DNA of 52,350 nucleotides, counting the filler, from Bipalium vagum (lineage: Eukaryota): assembly GCA_037834085.1 (NCBI GenBank). It is 3 parts of 3 records of this genome, joined end to end, with 100 filler letters (N's around TTAATTAATTAA, not from the genome) between each part and the next. Parts side by side here need not be neighbours in the genome. Positions count along the whole stretch, not along the records: positions 34,102 to 52,350 come from JBBMKC010034717.1; 2 more parts are not named here. One strand, 5' to 3'. Under the pieces are notes generated by a model. That model was given only the letters and a program-made list of their open reading frames with translations. It was not told the DNA's origin and did no database searches. The translations under genes and the position numbers were made by a program. Positions 37,056 to 51,872 of the stretch are shown one piece after another. The stretch's first letter is position 1. Each line of letters starts with the position of its first letter.

Positions 37056-38419
37056 TAATAACTATTAATATTTTTGGTAATTTATCTGAGGCTAATGTCT
37101 CCTTAGCTATTTGATTATTGTTTTATTATTAATTGTTCAGTCTCATAATTAATTAGAGTATTAAATTCTACCAATGTTTTTTGAATTTTGTTATAAACTT
37201 AAATAAAAAATTTATTTGCCTGGGATCCAAATCAGATCAAAGACTGTTGTATTTTCTCTTTCATTTTGATCCGGTATTTGGAAACCTTTTCTTTGTTACT
37301 TTGCCATCTTAATGTGATTACAGAAATTGTACATGGAATTTTATTTATCTATTAGAAAGAGAAAAATTGAAGAATTTCCATTTTTGAAAAAATAGATTTC
37401 TATGAAAATTTGCAAAATTTCAACCTTATTGATTATTATTTAATTTTTGTGTCGTAAATTTGTTGGGAAAAAATAATCGAGAGATTCTTAAAACCAAGCA
37501 CAATGCTTATCATATAGTCTCGCGACATGTTTTCCTGTATCCCAAGTACCGCTATGTGGTCGTGGGTTTCAGTCAAAGGAGGCAATAAAAAAATAAAATA
37601 TCTCAATTTTCCTGTGATGTTTTTTCTTTGAATAACGTTTAATTTTGATTAGAAATTATTTTAAAAAGAGAAATGTGCCTTTCTGCATAAGGTTAGTAAA
37701 AGGTTTAGACTGCAACTCGGACTAGGCCTTTCCTCGATGAAAACTGCTTATATTTTATATCTTCATTTTTTTCAAGCAAAAATCTTTAGGTTGACTTCTG
37801 TCTTTGATAATGTTGAATATTGACTTTTTTATTGGCAATAAGATGTTCTAAATTTTGAACCTTTAAAATTTATTGATTATTGCTATAAATGAGGAGGGGC
37901 TTGTTATCGTAAAGAGGTTTTCGTTTACTGATGAAGAACGAAAAGATTTGACAGCAATTAAAATTTTCTCTCGATAAACCCTAAATGTTACAGTTTACTA
38001 TTTGCATTTTAACTTCTCTTCAAATATGGTTGGATCGTTTGATTAACTCTCCTTCCATAGTCATCCAACTTGCCAACATAATATTGTTCAATAAAGCCAT
38101 GTATTCGTGCTCTGTCGAGGATTTGGAATTCGAGTGAGTTTTCGATACTCGACTATCATTATCATTATAGTATTATTATTATCCCTATAAATATTATCAA
38201 CTGTATTAATAATATAATTATTATTATTGTTATTATTATTATTAGCATCAATGCTATTATGTTTATCAGTGTTTTTGTTTGTCATCGAGCAATAAAACTC
38301 CGTTTTCATCACCACTTCAGCCTGTTGTCGCTTTTATTGTTTGGGGAGTCTTCCGTTTATTGATTGCCATTTATGTAGTCAGATTACTGATCCCAGTAAT
38401 GATTGTTGTAATTATTTAG

Positions 38420-41400
38420 TGCGTCAGCATGCCGATATTTGTCTGTATAATGCCACCAGTTATAAGTGTTTAGTTGATGAAGTGGAATTTGAGTAAGCTT
38501 TCCTTTTTTCTGTTCTCTCATCTCATTTATGTCTTGAAACGCTTTTGTTAACGACCATGGTCATTGTTTTTATATCGTTATCGTTATCTTTGATTTCCTG
38601 TCTTTAGAGATGGATTTCCGATTTATTCCAGTCAAACCGGTTGGTGTAAAGTTTATAAAGTTTGTCCTCTGTTGAGCAACAATCGTGATAAAAGAGGCCT
38701 GGCCCTTGATGGTAAATTGAAGCATGAAGACACAAATTTGGCATCATCGACAATGTAAGTAGCATTTTGATTGAAAATGTTTTTTATCACTGTTGTAATT
38801 CGAACCTCCTCAATCTCCTCTTTGAGATATCCTTTTCCATTCTTGGTCTCTGGGAACTATGGTTAATTACCATCAACAATTCTCCCGCGATGGGAGACAA
38901 TTTAGTTTAGATTTCCTACCCAGAGGTGACAGTAAATTGGAATTGTAAATTGAAAAACAAATTTACATTTGTTATAAAAATAATTTGTTTAAATGTTTGC
39001 TTACTTATTTTTACATTAAATTGCAACCTTGACAATTTAGCATCTTTTTAACTTGAGTGCTTTTTCTATGAAAAAAATAACATTCTAATTAATCTCTATT
39101 TATGACAGACCCCTATCAACCCCAACGTAAGTCAGCTGCATCGTGCAATGATTTATCAGTGACGAACTAATTCTCCTTTTTTCTAAAGTAGAACTTTGTA
39201 CAGACCGATTGAAAAAAGTCAAACACTCCGTTAAATTATCACCTGTAACAATTCCCAATTTTCTTAAGATATGAAAACGAAAAATCTTCTCAATTCCTTG
39301 CCACGAAATTAAACTTTTTTCAATTTTTGATACCTAGAGAAATGATCAAAATAAATCACTTAAGAATCTTCAGTCTTAAAAACTCAATAATTGTACCTTG
39401 ATATGATCGAAATAACCAGACTTCTTAGTCCACAAATAAAAAATGAGCAAATTATGAACTGTCTTAAATATCAATACAAATGAAAAGAATTAATAAAAAT
39501 CTATTTCTCGGTTATTATTAATATTGATACGTCAGAAATTAACCTCGTTTTTTTACAAAAATACATTTAAACGCTACGCTAATCAATGACATATTCACCA
39601 TTATTATCAACTACAGTCTGCCTTTTATCAGCCAAACAATTGATTACCTTATCGAAGAACAGTGTAATTTTAGAGGCAATAAAAAGATGTGATTCGATGT
39701 TTGGTCTCATCTTCAGTTTTCCACAAAGGAAATGTTGCAAAGATCTAAAGAGATGGAAATCTGTTGGGGGAATGTCTGGGCTATGTGGAAGGTGAAAGAG
39801 TAATTCCCATCCCAAGTCTTTAATTTTCGTTGATGTCATTCGACCTATGCGGCTTGGTATCGTCATCATGATAAATCACACCTTTTTTAATGACTAAAGA
39901 TGGACGCATTTTCATCAACTTCTCATTAATCTGTCTAATAGTTCACAAGATTTTGTGGAATCAATTATCTGATTCCGTTTGAGTAATTCCCAATAGATTA
40001 CACAACAGAATTCCATCAGATACAAACCATAACTTTTTTAGTATAAAGACCTGGCTTTGGCGTTGACATCGGAGTGTGTCCTGAAGATAACCACTGTATT
40101 TTCCACTTTGATTGTCAAACATGATCTATTTTTCCTCACCAGTATTTATACGCTGAAGAAACGGTTAATTGTTGTTCTTCCAAATCAATTTTTGGTAAAT
40201 CGAAACTCTACATGTCTTGTTCTTTTCTGTTAAATCAAGCGGTACCCAAAAGTCTGGTCTGTCTGACTTACCAATCATATGTAAATGGGCCTTGATTATA
40301 GTGGCACTATAGTCCAGGATATTTGCTGTGCTCAGGCGATAATCGAGGATTGGCTGTGACTAGTTCTTCCAGCAATGTCTCATAAATCACAGATGGACGT
40401 CAGCTTCTTTCAGCATTTACCAGACTTGAATTTGGCAAACCATTTCTGTGTTTGACGAATATGTATGGACCTTTCTTTAACATCATTAATATTTTCAGCG
40501 GTAGCTTTGATCGTAGATCTGTGCAGATAATCATAAAGGAACTAATTTCGAACATTTTCCTTACTCGGGACGAAGGAAATCAAAAATAGAACGTATAATC
40601 TACAAAATAAATAGCATTTTTATTACTTCAAATATCCCACTAAATATAAACTATATTAATACAAAAATAATAAATTTTTAATATTTATCACTTAAATATA
40701 ATATCAATAAAACGATGCTACTTTCNNNNNNNNNNNNNNNNNNNNNNNNNNNNNNNNNNNNNNNNNNNNNNNNNNNNNNNNNNNNNNNNNNNNNNNNNNN
40801 NNNNNNNNNNNNNNNNNNNNNNNNNNNNNNNNNNNNNNNNNNNNNNNNNNNNNAGTCTATGCAATAGACTCAATTCCAATTAGTTTCTGAAATTAATTAA
40901 CAGTTTTCTTTGTAAAATTTTCTGAGAAGAGCATTTCTAATATAAAATCATCCATTTATGTTTGATTTCTTCGAAAACGAAAAATAGAATCGATAGAGAA
41001 ATAATTCTTTAAATATTTCCTAAATTAATAGATTAAATAAAATTATTGAATAATGATCGTAATATTTTAATGTGAAATTAAATATATTGATATATTTTAT
41101 TATTTTTTCTTCAATTTTCGAGAGATAATAGAAAAATATATTTTTGTAATGAATTCTTTACAGATTAAAACAGAAAAATTTGTTACAGTAAACAATTACG
41201 AAATTTTTATATAGATTTAATGATAATATGACTTGTTAAATTATGTGGAAAACGTTATATTTTTCAGTGGTTTTTTTGTCAATGATAAAAATTGTAATTC
41301 TTTTCATTTTTATAGTAATATTTTAATGGATTAAAACAAAATCTGAAAAATAATTCCTGTCATTTTTTTACAAGTAATCGAAGATTTTATTAATTTTATT

Positions 41401-44400
41401 TACGAATTGTGGAACAAGAGTAAAGAACATAGAACAAAACCTTCTTGATCATTGTGTTTTTGGGAGCGTTTTCCCAACTCGAATCAATTGACCGTGATGG
41501 TCTTTAATCCCTGAACTCTAAAGTTGCTTACTCGTCAGATCGCTGACATTGATATCTGTGGTGAGTCGAGGCTGAAAGGGACGGAACTCTCGTTCGTCGA
41601 ACACTGTGCAAAGTCTGATTTTCGTATCGCCAGCAAAATTTTTGTCACAACAATCCATCACTGTTCGATTTTGATTTTAATTGAAACTGATTTCATAAAA
41701 CATACTAAATTGAAAATTTAATGAAATTTAATTTCCAGTCCCTCCGACTTTGCCTGCCGCAACGAAAAAGCTTTTTAAAAATATTTCTCCCTTTTTGTTT
41801 AAATAATTGGGAGAATTTTCAGAAATAAATTATTTGTGAGAAAATGACAGAAAAATGATTTAGTTTTTCCAGAAAACTACGCTTTCGAAATGTCAAAAGT
41901 GGCCTTGATAAAACCTGATCCTGAAAATTTCTTTAAATTTAGGGCTTGTTTATTGATCAGAAGCAGCCCAGGTCAAATGTCGTGCCTTTTTCTTGTTTTT
42001 TTTTACCGTTTTTTCCTTTACTTTTACACCTTTACAAGTCTTTTTTGTATGCTTCCTCTTTTCCAATATGGCTTTATTAATAATCAATAAGGATCTTTAA
42101 TAATTAACTTTGGTGGACATTGGCTTTACAGCTAACATTAATTACCTGATTTCAGACGCAAAAACTTTTTTGAAATATAACATTTTTATCTTTTGTCAAA
42201 TTTGATACGTATTTAGATTTTTAAAATACGTCTACTGTCAATTAGACAGCAACCGACCATAAATTATCCCAAACATTGTTTTGATTACAATTTCACTTAT
42301 TCGAACTACGTCCTAAATAAATCACCTTTGGTTTTGGAAATCAATATTGCTTATATTTTCATATTTATAAAGTAATGAAGATAGCCATTATAATCCTATT
42401 ATTATTACTATTATTACTATTTCACAATCATAGTAACATCTGACAATAGAAACAATTGTAAAGCCAGACAGATTCCTTTCCCTTCCTTATTTTAATGTTG
42501 ATATTATTAAATTGATAATAAAGTAAAACAATAAAAATATTTAAATCTATTTGATTGTCGGGAATTTTTTAGTAAAAATCAAGATCGTTTTTGTCAATAA
42601 CAACAATTTTCTATCAATAATGTATGGTCCCTTTTGAAACAACTTCGTCTACCATTTACAAGATAAGATTACATTCTCGTAGAATTTCCGGTCATTATTT
42701 GCAAAAACCTGTGGCACCATGAATACCTTTTCACTTGAATTGAACAGTTTTGCCAATTAAAGACTGTTTCAGCGAGCGAAATCAGTAAAAACCTGTAGGA
42801 GTTAGATCATATCCACCCTTCAAAATTCAATAGTTTCTGCCGAATTACCAAATTTATTTAATGTTTCTTGTCATTTTGATATACTGTTCTTTTTCTGTTT
42901 GTCAATGAAGTTTGTTTCTTCGGCTTCTCACATTCATTAAATTTCATTAGTTGACGGTGGTGAACCAAGAAATAGCTCGTTTTTCTCATATTTCAGCTAC
43001 AGGTCTTAGATTTCAAGGTATTGGATATTATCTAGTTCTGAGAGAATACGTGAAATAAAAAATAAATCTTTGCCAATCGAGAAAAAATGTTTCAAATTGG
43101 AATGGGAGATTGGACTAGGCAACAATAAATTTTCTTCAGTCATCAAATGCAGATTTTATAAAAATTAAAATCTTCAGTTTATCTTTATCTCCTTTACCGA
43201 ATTCACCTTTCAGAAATTTCTTCCGTAAAGAAACTTAAATATGAAAATTTGACGTTGACTTTCGGTTATCGAATCTTTTCCAGACAGGGCACATAACTTC
43301 TGGATTGTGTATCATTTTTAGCTTCATATTAATAATATACTGACCTATATCGAAAATTCAATTTCTTGTCATGCATTTCAAATTTCACATCTCCAAAATA
43401 ATTTAATGTGTTCATAATAAAAACTTACCAATAAACCGACATGGTGTCTCTTCATTGCTGTAATGAATACTGAGTCAATAATGTAAAAATATCTTTTATA
43501 AAAATTAAGTTCATAGCATTGATATGAAAAACTCGAGAAACTTTCCGAACAATATAATATATCATTAATTTAATCAATTTATTGGATTTATTTACTGTCC
43601 AATGTTATATTTTATCTTTCCTAATAGATATCTTAAGAGATATTTTGATTATGATTATATTAATAATTATTTTTATAGCTATAGTAACAGTGAAAAGGAG
43701 TAATGACTGAGATGAGAAAGAAATTTAGAATAAAAAACGATTTTGTAAATATTATTAAAGCATTTTGAAGTGATTTTGAAAAGTGGACCAGTCTTAGGAA
43801 TTCTCTACCATTAATTTGATTTTAAGAAGTCGTAGACCAACAGAATTGAAAGTTTTCCTGTTTGTGGTTTTTATATTCTTCCAGTTGTCCGTGTGTTGTT
43901 GGTGACTTGTCTGATTCCTATTCATTCCGTAAGAAACTTTATTTCAAAGACCTTCTTTAACTGTTTTGTCGACTATGATCATCATCAAAATTATCAGGTT
44001 TGTTAGTTATTTAATATTAAAATATATGATAGGTCAAAATAAAGTTTCTTCGTCAATTTGGTTGGTTTCTGATATTATTGACTACATCTGTTTTTGGTTT
44101 TTTTACACTTCTCTTTATGTAGAACAAAAAAGAGGGAAATGTTATCGATGGCAACAAAATTGGCAGCTCGAACCTTTTCTCCACGTCAAAAACTCTGGTG
44201 CCCGATGAAAATAAATATAAATAAAGTCTTTTATTGGATTTGAGAATTAATTCAAAAATGTAATTAAAAATCTCGTATCACTTTTTCTGTTTCAGAGATG
44301 AAAAGAAATTATAGGAAAAGGAATTTTCCTTTGTTATTAAAAAGAGCTTTTTATGAATTAAAAGATCAGCGAATTATTGAGGCGTAACAAAAATTTCCCT

Positions 44401-47400
44401 CTCTGAAAACTTAATTAATTAAAAAATTAAAGCTCAGCTTTCTATGCAAATATTTTATTGATTTCCGATCTCTCGTTCAGAATAAATGAGAACACCAACA
44501 AGGAGAATCTGGGAATCATCGTACAATATAAAGTGAAGGTTCGACTCGTTTTAGGATTTGGAACCAGGTTGGTACTTTTTATTAATTTTACAATTATTTT
44601 CAGTTTTATAATTACTTATTATTATTATCACTGTCATACCGGATTAATTTTTCATGATGATGGACGAAAATCTTATTTATTAAATTATTTTTTTAGTAAA
44701 TTTTCGCAATTCATATTTATCAAAAAATTTTTTCATGAAAATTTGAAGTTAAAATCAAAATTTAACTTGAAATTATTGATTATTTTAAAATAAATATTAT
44801 TTAGACAAAAATATTTTTTAATTTTCGCAATGTTTTTTTATTATCACAATTAATAATATTTATTTTATATAATATATCTATATTATTTATATATAAATAT
44901 AATATTATAAAATGTCAACTCAAAGGTTTTTTAATTTTTATATTTTTTGTCAAATAATAATAATTATATAAATATTATATTTCTATATGAATAAATTAAA
45001 GGCGGAATTTTAGAAGTCGAATTTTCTATAGCGGTAACCGTAAACGTTTTTACACAACTGAAAGATGATCAATTACCTTTGACATTGCGGAATGTTTGGA
45101 TTCATTCATAAAATTGGAAAAATAATATATTTAATATAATAATAAATGTTTAATTCAGCTAATCATTTATGACAAATTTAAAACTGTGATACTATGATTT
45201 TAATTTTTAATGTACCCCTGTGTTGTCGGAACACAGACAAAATAGAGACGGTTGGTTTTTTTTTATTATTTTCTTAATCTTTTCCCAGTAGAATGACTGC
45301 AAATGCCGCTAACTGATCGTAAGTTTAAAGACATTTTTGTTTGAGTCAATTCGATCAAATATTTTTTTATTGATCTATAGATTTTCTTCCAAAGGAGTAC
45401 TTCATAAAAGTAGTTAATATCTATCGATAGAGCAAATTGAGAGATTTGTTCCCATTTATTTTCAGTATTGATTTAATAATTTTGTGGTGATTTCGAAATC
45501 GATATACCAAAGAATTTAAAGATTTGAATGTGAAAATTTTTTATGGCATTCCATTATAATATACAATTATTTGGGGAACAATGGAAAATGCACGATTTTA
45601 TTAGTTATAAGACTAAAAGAAAAAAATGTTTCGTTTTTTATCATCGGAATTGATGAATTATTTGTTGATATGTTGGAATACGAAATGTGATATAATATGA
45701 CAAAACGTCCATGTTGACAAGTTATGTAATGGAACGCTGGGTGGTGCATGTTATTACTAACGAGTCATAAAATCAACGAAAAAGTAGGAGTCACGTTTCG
45801 GCATTGTCAGAAGTTCAACTTAACGAATTTTACTGTTTTGTAAGAAGAGAGAGGTCGAACGTTTGCATGACTAAAATCAACAGAGGTCACAAGGTGTTAT
45901 GACATATGCTCGTTAATTCAGTCACAAAAAAACCGAGGCCAGATTATTGTTTTAGTAGGGGACCGGTAGCCTAATTTATTTATCCGTGTGATTGACCTCT
46001 CTTTGACCTCTTTAGAATTTATTATTATTTTTAGGTGAGTAATAATTAAAGCAATTCACTAAATAGCACTGAGTTTTAAGAAGTGTCTTTCATGTCATAT
46101 GTTTGTTTTCCACAAGAAAATAGTGAGAATAATAGCAGAAAAAGAAAGCACTGATATCACCAAGAAAGACATCTTTTACAATAAAATTCCGTAAGTGATA
46201 TTTAACATCCATTAGGGAGAAGAGAAGGATATCCCATCTTCCTCTTTCAAATGAAAATGTGAAACTGAACGTTTTTCTCTCTTTAATTTACTTCGTTTTT
46301 TGGAAATATGAAGACTTACAATTCAAGACTTAAGTCTCGGAGCTTTTTACACTTAAAATCGTTGACGGAAATATGTTATGATATTTTCCCTCTGCAAAGT
46401 TGAGAGCATTTGATAGAGATTCATCTCAATGGGCAACGAGACACTGACGACATTCTCAAAGACGGTGTTTTAATTAAGTTTTTCTCTGTGAAGTCTCACC
46501 AACAGAATTTTTGACGCTTTAAGGCATTTTGGGAAAAATTAGTTTTCATTATTTTTTCATCATTGAAAATCTTTTTCTATTAATGAAATTTTGCAATTCG
46601 TTAATACTTTTTCATGCTGAAAAATATAATCATAAAAAACGAAATTATTTTATTACCTCAATAATTTTTAATTTCATTTCTTTCTAAAAAATTTATTTAT
46701 TTTAATATTTTAAAATTATTTGACATTTTCAAAAGTAATAAAATAAAATGAACCAACCTATTTTTTTCTTTTTAATTTAATGTTATTGTTTATTTTTGTT
46801 TATTTATTAGCTGAATTTAACAATCGTTTTGTTCATATATTGATTTTTTTAAACAGACTTGTCAAAATTATTATTTATTAAAAACATTTTTATTATATAT
46901 TACTCCTATTATCTGGAATAATATATATATTGTTGAATTATTTTACAATTTAATTTGAGAGATTTGTTTTTACTTTCTTACCTTACTTTAATGTTATTGT
47001 TAATTTTAATTTATCCATTTTTTTCTAAAAAAATTTAATAATTATTTTTTATTATGTAGTCTCTTTAAAAATCGCCGTTTTCTTAAATAAAATATTTTTA
47101 TTGATAATTAATTAATGATTTATTTCATGTTAAAAAAATGGCTTCTTATACAACTCAACAACTTTGTTTAGATTGTGAAATTATTTTTATGAAAATGAGC
47201 GTTCAATAAAAATGTCTACAGAAAATTACGCAATTTTTTTCGGTCGACATAATTGTCCATAGGAAAGCACGATCAATCAAATTATTCAAAGATTTCAACA
47301 AAGTGTTTCAGTGGAAGATAGAAGAACAAATAAATATAGTCGGAGTGGTCGTTCAAAAATATTCTGATTTGGTTGGTCCAGGTGTAGTAGAAGACCATTA

Positions 47401-50400
47401 AATGTCTATTAGTCGACTTTCATAACAATTTTGAGTTAGTAAAAAACCTTGAGTATTTTATAAAAAGGATTTTGCTCTGAAAGACTATAAGGTTCAAAAC
47501 ACACAAATTATAGCCATTAGATCATTTAAAATGTTGCCCATTTCTAAATTTGGTCAAGGAACATCTAGCTAATTTTCTATTAAGAACATTGTGAAATTAG
47601 TGGATATGTCAATAAAAAACCGTATTTGGTTTAAAGAAAATCAACGATTACCTTTACGTCAAAAATACCTCACTGCAATTGATCCATATTTCTTTGAGAA
47701 TGTTAGCGATGACAATGTAACTGTGTCATGATAATCGACATGGTGAGATGATCACTGAATTTAACAATATTGGTCTGAAGGACGGCGCTACCAGCATTTT
47801 TTGCAAATTAAACAATTGCTTTATTAAAATAAGAATTTAATGGTTGAGTTATTTCAAAAAAAGGTGATGTGAATTGACCAGGAAGATCATGCGATTTGAC
47901 ACTCAGACTATTTTGTGGAGTTAAGTGAAAAATCATCTGTAAAAACAATCCAAAATCAATTCCTAAATTAAATGGAATTATTCGCGTAATTTTAAGATTG
48001 AATCACAATTATGCCAACTCGCCATTAAACAGTTTAACGAACGACTAGACAACTGTGGAAGTACAAGAAGTGGTCATTTGGCAGATATTTTTTGTATACA
48101 AATGGCAGAACTTGTACTTTATTTGTCAATAAAAAGTTTTTTGAAGTTAGGATATACTGTGTGATTTAATAAATATTTTAAAAACAGTGCAATTTGAAAG
48201 ACCCTTTTCATTAATCCTATCATTTTCCATTTATTTTAATTAATCAAATTGATTGAATTAATATTATATAATATTAATTAATTTTAATATTTTACTTATA
48301 AATTTTCAAAAGTAAAAAAACAAAGTGTAACAATTTTTTCTCTTAAAATTCATTGTTATTCCTATTTAGTTTATTTATTAACTGAATTTATCAATCCGTC
48401 TATTGATTTTTTTCAAATTTGTTTTCGTGATAATAATTATTTATTAAAAAGTATTAATATTGAATATTATTTTTTAAGAAATAATATTTTATGGATAAAT
48501 AATTTTCATTTATTGTGTTTATTTTAATTAATCAATTTAATTGGAATTATGTGGAATTATTAATAAAATTACATTAATTATTTTAATTTAATTGATGTTA
48601 ATTAAATTTTAAAATACCAAAGCTCAAAAGAGAATGTTTTACTGACATTAATTTGAAAAATGGACCAATAATATGAATTTTTAATTATTTTACTATTGAT
48701 TATATACTATGAAAAATACTGAATCTTTAAATTGCTTGGCTTTGTTATTTTTTAAAAAGATGTCAGAAATTAATTTATTTCTTACAATGTTTTTTTATTT
48801 GTTGGAAATTAATGAAAACTTTATTTTTCATTATGACATGGATGATATGACAACAGTGCGTTCTTCAAATGTAATTACCAGAAAATTTACAATTGAAAGA
48901 GAGCCTGAATTTAATAATTTTGAAAGCTTTAATAACGGTAGGCTTGATTTCATTCTTGTAGTGAAATCTGTAGAAAAAACATGAACATATACGTGGTTCC
49001 CCATTTTTCCTTTGCTGAACCAGTATAAATCTTATTACTTAAAAAAATAATCTTAAAGCGAAATGTTTTAAGTTTTCATTTATATATTATTTTAACTTAT
49101 CGGTCTCGAAGTCGTAAAGATTAATATTTCTTGGGGTCTTTATTTTTGACTTCTTCGATTTCGAAATCAAATTAAATTTCTTGTCAAGTATTAAATTTGT
49201 TATGTTTATTTGTCCACCCATCATCCTAATTAGATATATTGATTATCGATAATGTATGATTTGTTGTGAACAAATTGGACTTATCAGAAACAATTATTGT
49301 AAATATTTCGAACTTAAATTTTCCGGTTTGTTTATCCGAACTGATTTCCGGTTTCATATTATCATTTACAATTCCATTCACGATATTATTAGGAGTATTA
49401 GTATAATCACTATTTAATAAATAAATTATTTATTATTTAATTAATATAAAATAAATATCTTTTAGTGATAGATTCTCTATAATAAAGAAAGATTACATAA
49501 TAGTTATAATGAATTCAATAATATTAATTTTTTATTTGTTTTTATAAATTAGATAATATCAATAATAAGTTTTAATATTATAAAATTTACAATTAATAGA
49601 ATAATTTCAATAAATTGAATTAATTAATAATAATAATAATTATTATCATTATTAATTAATTAATATTGAAAAATCTAGTTACATTAATAAATCATTCAGA
49701 ATTTAAGTATTACACAATCTTTAAAAGTCCACATAGTTCACCACCCACTCCAATTTTCTAAAAAATTTCAGGACTAAAAATATATAAAATTTTTCAAAAT
49801 ATTCAATTTTTCTATATTTTTCCCTTAGATAAAGAGATGTACATAATTTATCAATTTTTTTGTCATAAACTGCAATATCAATTTTAAAAATACATTAATT
49901 AATTTAATTTTTATTAAAATTGGTTTTTTTTCAATATTTAATTCTTTCATTTGAAATTTACATTTTGTTAATATTTAAATACATTAATAAATTAATTTTT
50001 TTTCTTATTTAAATTCCATTTAAAATAATATTTAACATAGTCCTGTCCATGTCATAACTTATGCAGGTGACCAATTTAGTAGGAATCACATATAAGGATT
50101 AAATATAACTTTTGTCTGTTTTTAAATAACAGGATCAACTTAAGCATGTGCCCAAATTAACAGGTTTCACTATCATTAAAAATAGCTTTCATGAAATAAA
50201 TAACGAATAAAACTGAATTTAAGAACTATAACTTTGTATCGACTTATTTGAAATCTTTCTGAAGTTTCAAAAAATATTAAGATCGGAAAGAATATGTTAA
50301 GGTCATGGATTAACCGAAAATATGAAATCTGTTAAACTAGTTCTAAAGCAAGAAGAACCAGAGAAAGTAATACAATAAGCAAAAGATTATTCTAATGAAT

Positions 50401-51872
50401 TGGGTTATGCTTCCGATTTAAAAACATCTTGTGATTGGTTAACCAGGTTTTTAAAGTGAAAGTAATTAACATTTTGAAAGGTAAAGAGTTTCGAGTATAC
50501 CTGATAATGAGATTGTTCTCAGGGGTCTAATATTTATTGATCACATTAAAAGCATAATTCATGAATGTTGAACGTAAATTGAAAACATTTAAATGTGGAT
50601 GAGACAGCAACATTTATTGAAGAAAATGACAAAATTACTGTCGACACTGTTGGGTCTGCTAAAATTTCCCTTATTAGTAGAAAAATGTCTAATTCAGAAT
50701 AATAATCGCTTCCCAACGGTAGGAAATGATCGCAAACTCAATTTTAAAGAAGACTGAATCAATCAAGATTTTGAATGGTGTTGTGCACTGTACTCTGAAA
50801 AATTTTGGTTTAAATCGAAAATGTTTAAAGTTCCAAAGAATTTGTTTTGTACTGTATTAACACCACCTAATACATTTTTGTTATATTCGACAGTGCTTGG
50901 AGTTATTTCAAAGGAATCCAAAGATTTTTTACACAAAAAAGATTCTGTTTTATGTGATTCTCGGTGGATTAACAACTGATCTTTTTCAACAGTCGATGTT
51001 TTCTGGTCTAAATCTATGGAATCGAAAAATTCTCAATTTTCTATATGATTATTTTCATTCAGTTGACTGTGAACGAAAAAGAACAGACGTAAAAAAATTC
51101 GAAACTGATTTCAAAAATTTTTATAAAATGTTTTCTGAATGACTTCAGTGATTTGATAATTGGACCAAATTCACAGTTTGGTGAAAATTTTGACTCGATA
51201 TCAAGGAAAAGAGGCCATTTTAACAGTAATAACGACATACTCGAGACACCTGAATCCGATTATTAAGAAATGTGCGATGAACAAACATTTTTTAAAATTT
51301 AATTTATCTTCTCCCTCTATTTTTCCAAAAATATCTGGACCAAAACATAATTTCCCAGAGGTATTGTTTGAGATTTTAGAGTAATTATATATAATTTCGA
51401 TTAAATCAATAAATTTTTTAAGAAAAGAATTAAAAATTATATGGTTGGATACTTTAATTTTATTTGAAAATTCAGATTTGCGATATAAAATGAATATTAT
51501 GAATATCATTTTTTGGATATAAAACCTTTTCTTGTTAATAATTATTATTTTAATAGTTCATTAAGTTTTCATAAAACGGATAAATTAAAAATAATAAGTT
51601 TTAAAATGCTGACTTTTTCACAATGTTCAATTGTACAAATAATATTTCAGCGATATTTCTGTGGAATTACCCTTTACTATGAGCCATCCGAAGCCAGTTG
51701 ACGAAGAACCGAACATGAGTAATTTTACTTTTGAGGACCTTCACAACACCAAACCGTATGTTTCCAAAAATGATGGCAACGCCGTAGATGCCAACACGTC
51801 CAAAACCACAAAAACACAAGAGCCCGATTCTTACATTGCAGATCTCGATTTGATCCAACTAGATACTTCTCT
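38420..51872 (+). CDS. ARRB: Beta-arrestin (non-visual arrestin/Kurtz-like), C-domain exons; partial at both ends
   Basis: Exons 38420-38492 ([24 protein letters not shown]), 38608-38754 ([48 protein letters not shown]), 44481-44567 ([28 protein letters not shown]) and 51651-51872 ([15 protein letters not shown]...DLDLIQLDT). Phases are consistent; hallmark [18 protein letters not shown] and clathrin-box-like LIQLD are present. Confidence 0.95.
39528..40725 (-). mobile_element. Near full-length decayed mariner (DD34D) in a beta-arrestin intron
   Basis: WVPLDL, GEEK*IMFDN, YWELLK, DDDTKPH and [29 protein letters not shown]...DNNGEY; ~1.2 kb, runs into a gap. Confidence 0.92.
40726..40853. other. 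Assembly gap (128 N)
   Basis: Run of N. Confidence 0.98.
42450..42800 (-). mobile_element. Possible pogo-like remnant
   Basis: Minus-strand SWCHRFLQ resembles the CENP-B HTH GWxxRF motif; little other support. Confidence 0.3.
47057..48205 (+). mobile_element. Decayed Tc1/mariner-superfamily element with DUF4817-type N-terminal HTH
   Basis: MASYTTQQ...YENERSIK...FFGRHNCP...IIQRFQQ; RPYKVQNT; IWFKENQR; [16 protein letters not shown]; KDGATS; imperfect TIRs. Confidence 0.8.
50038..51380 (+). mobile_element. Tigger-like MITE (50038-50172) followed by a decayed pogo transposase
   Basis: End ACAGGTTTCACTA; [38 protein letters not shown] and VILGGLTT...VDVF. Confidence 0.7.
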
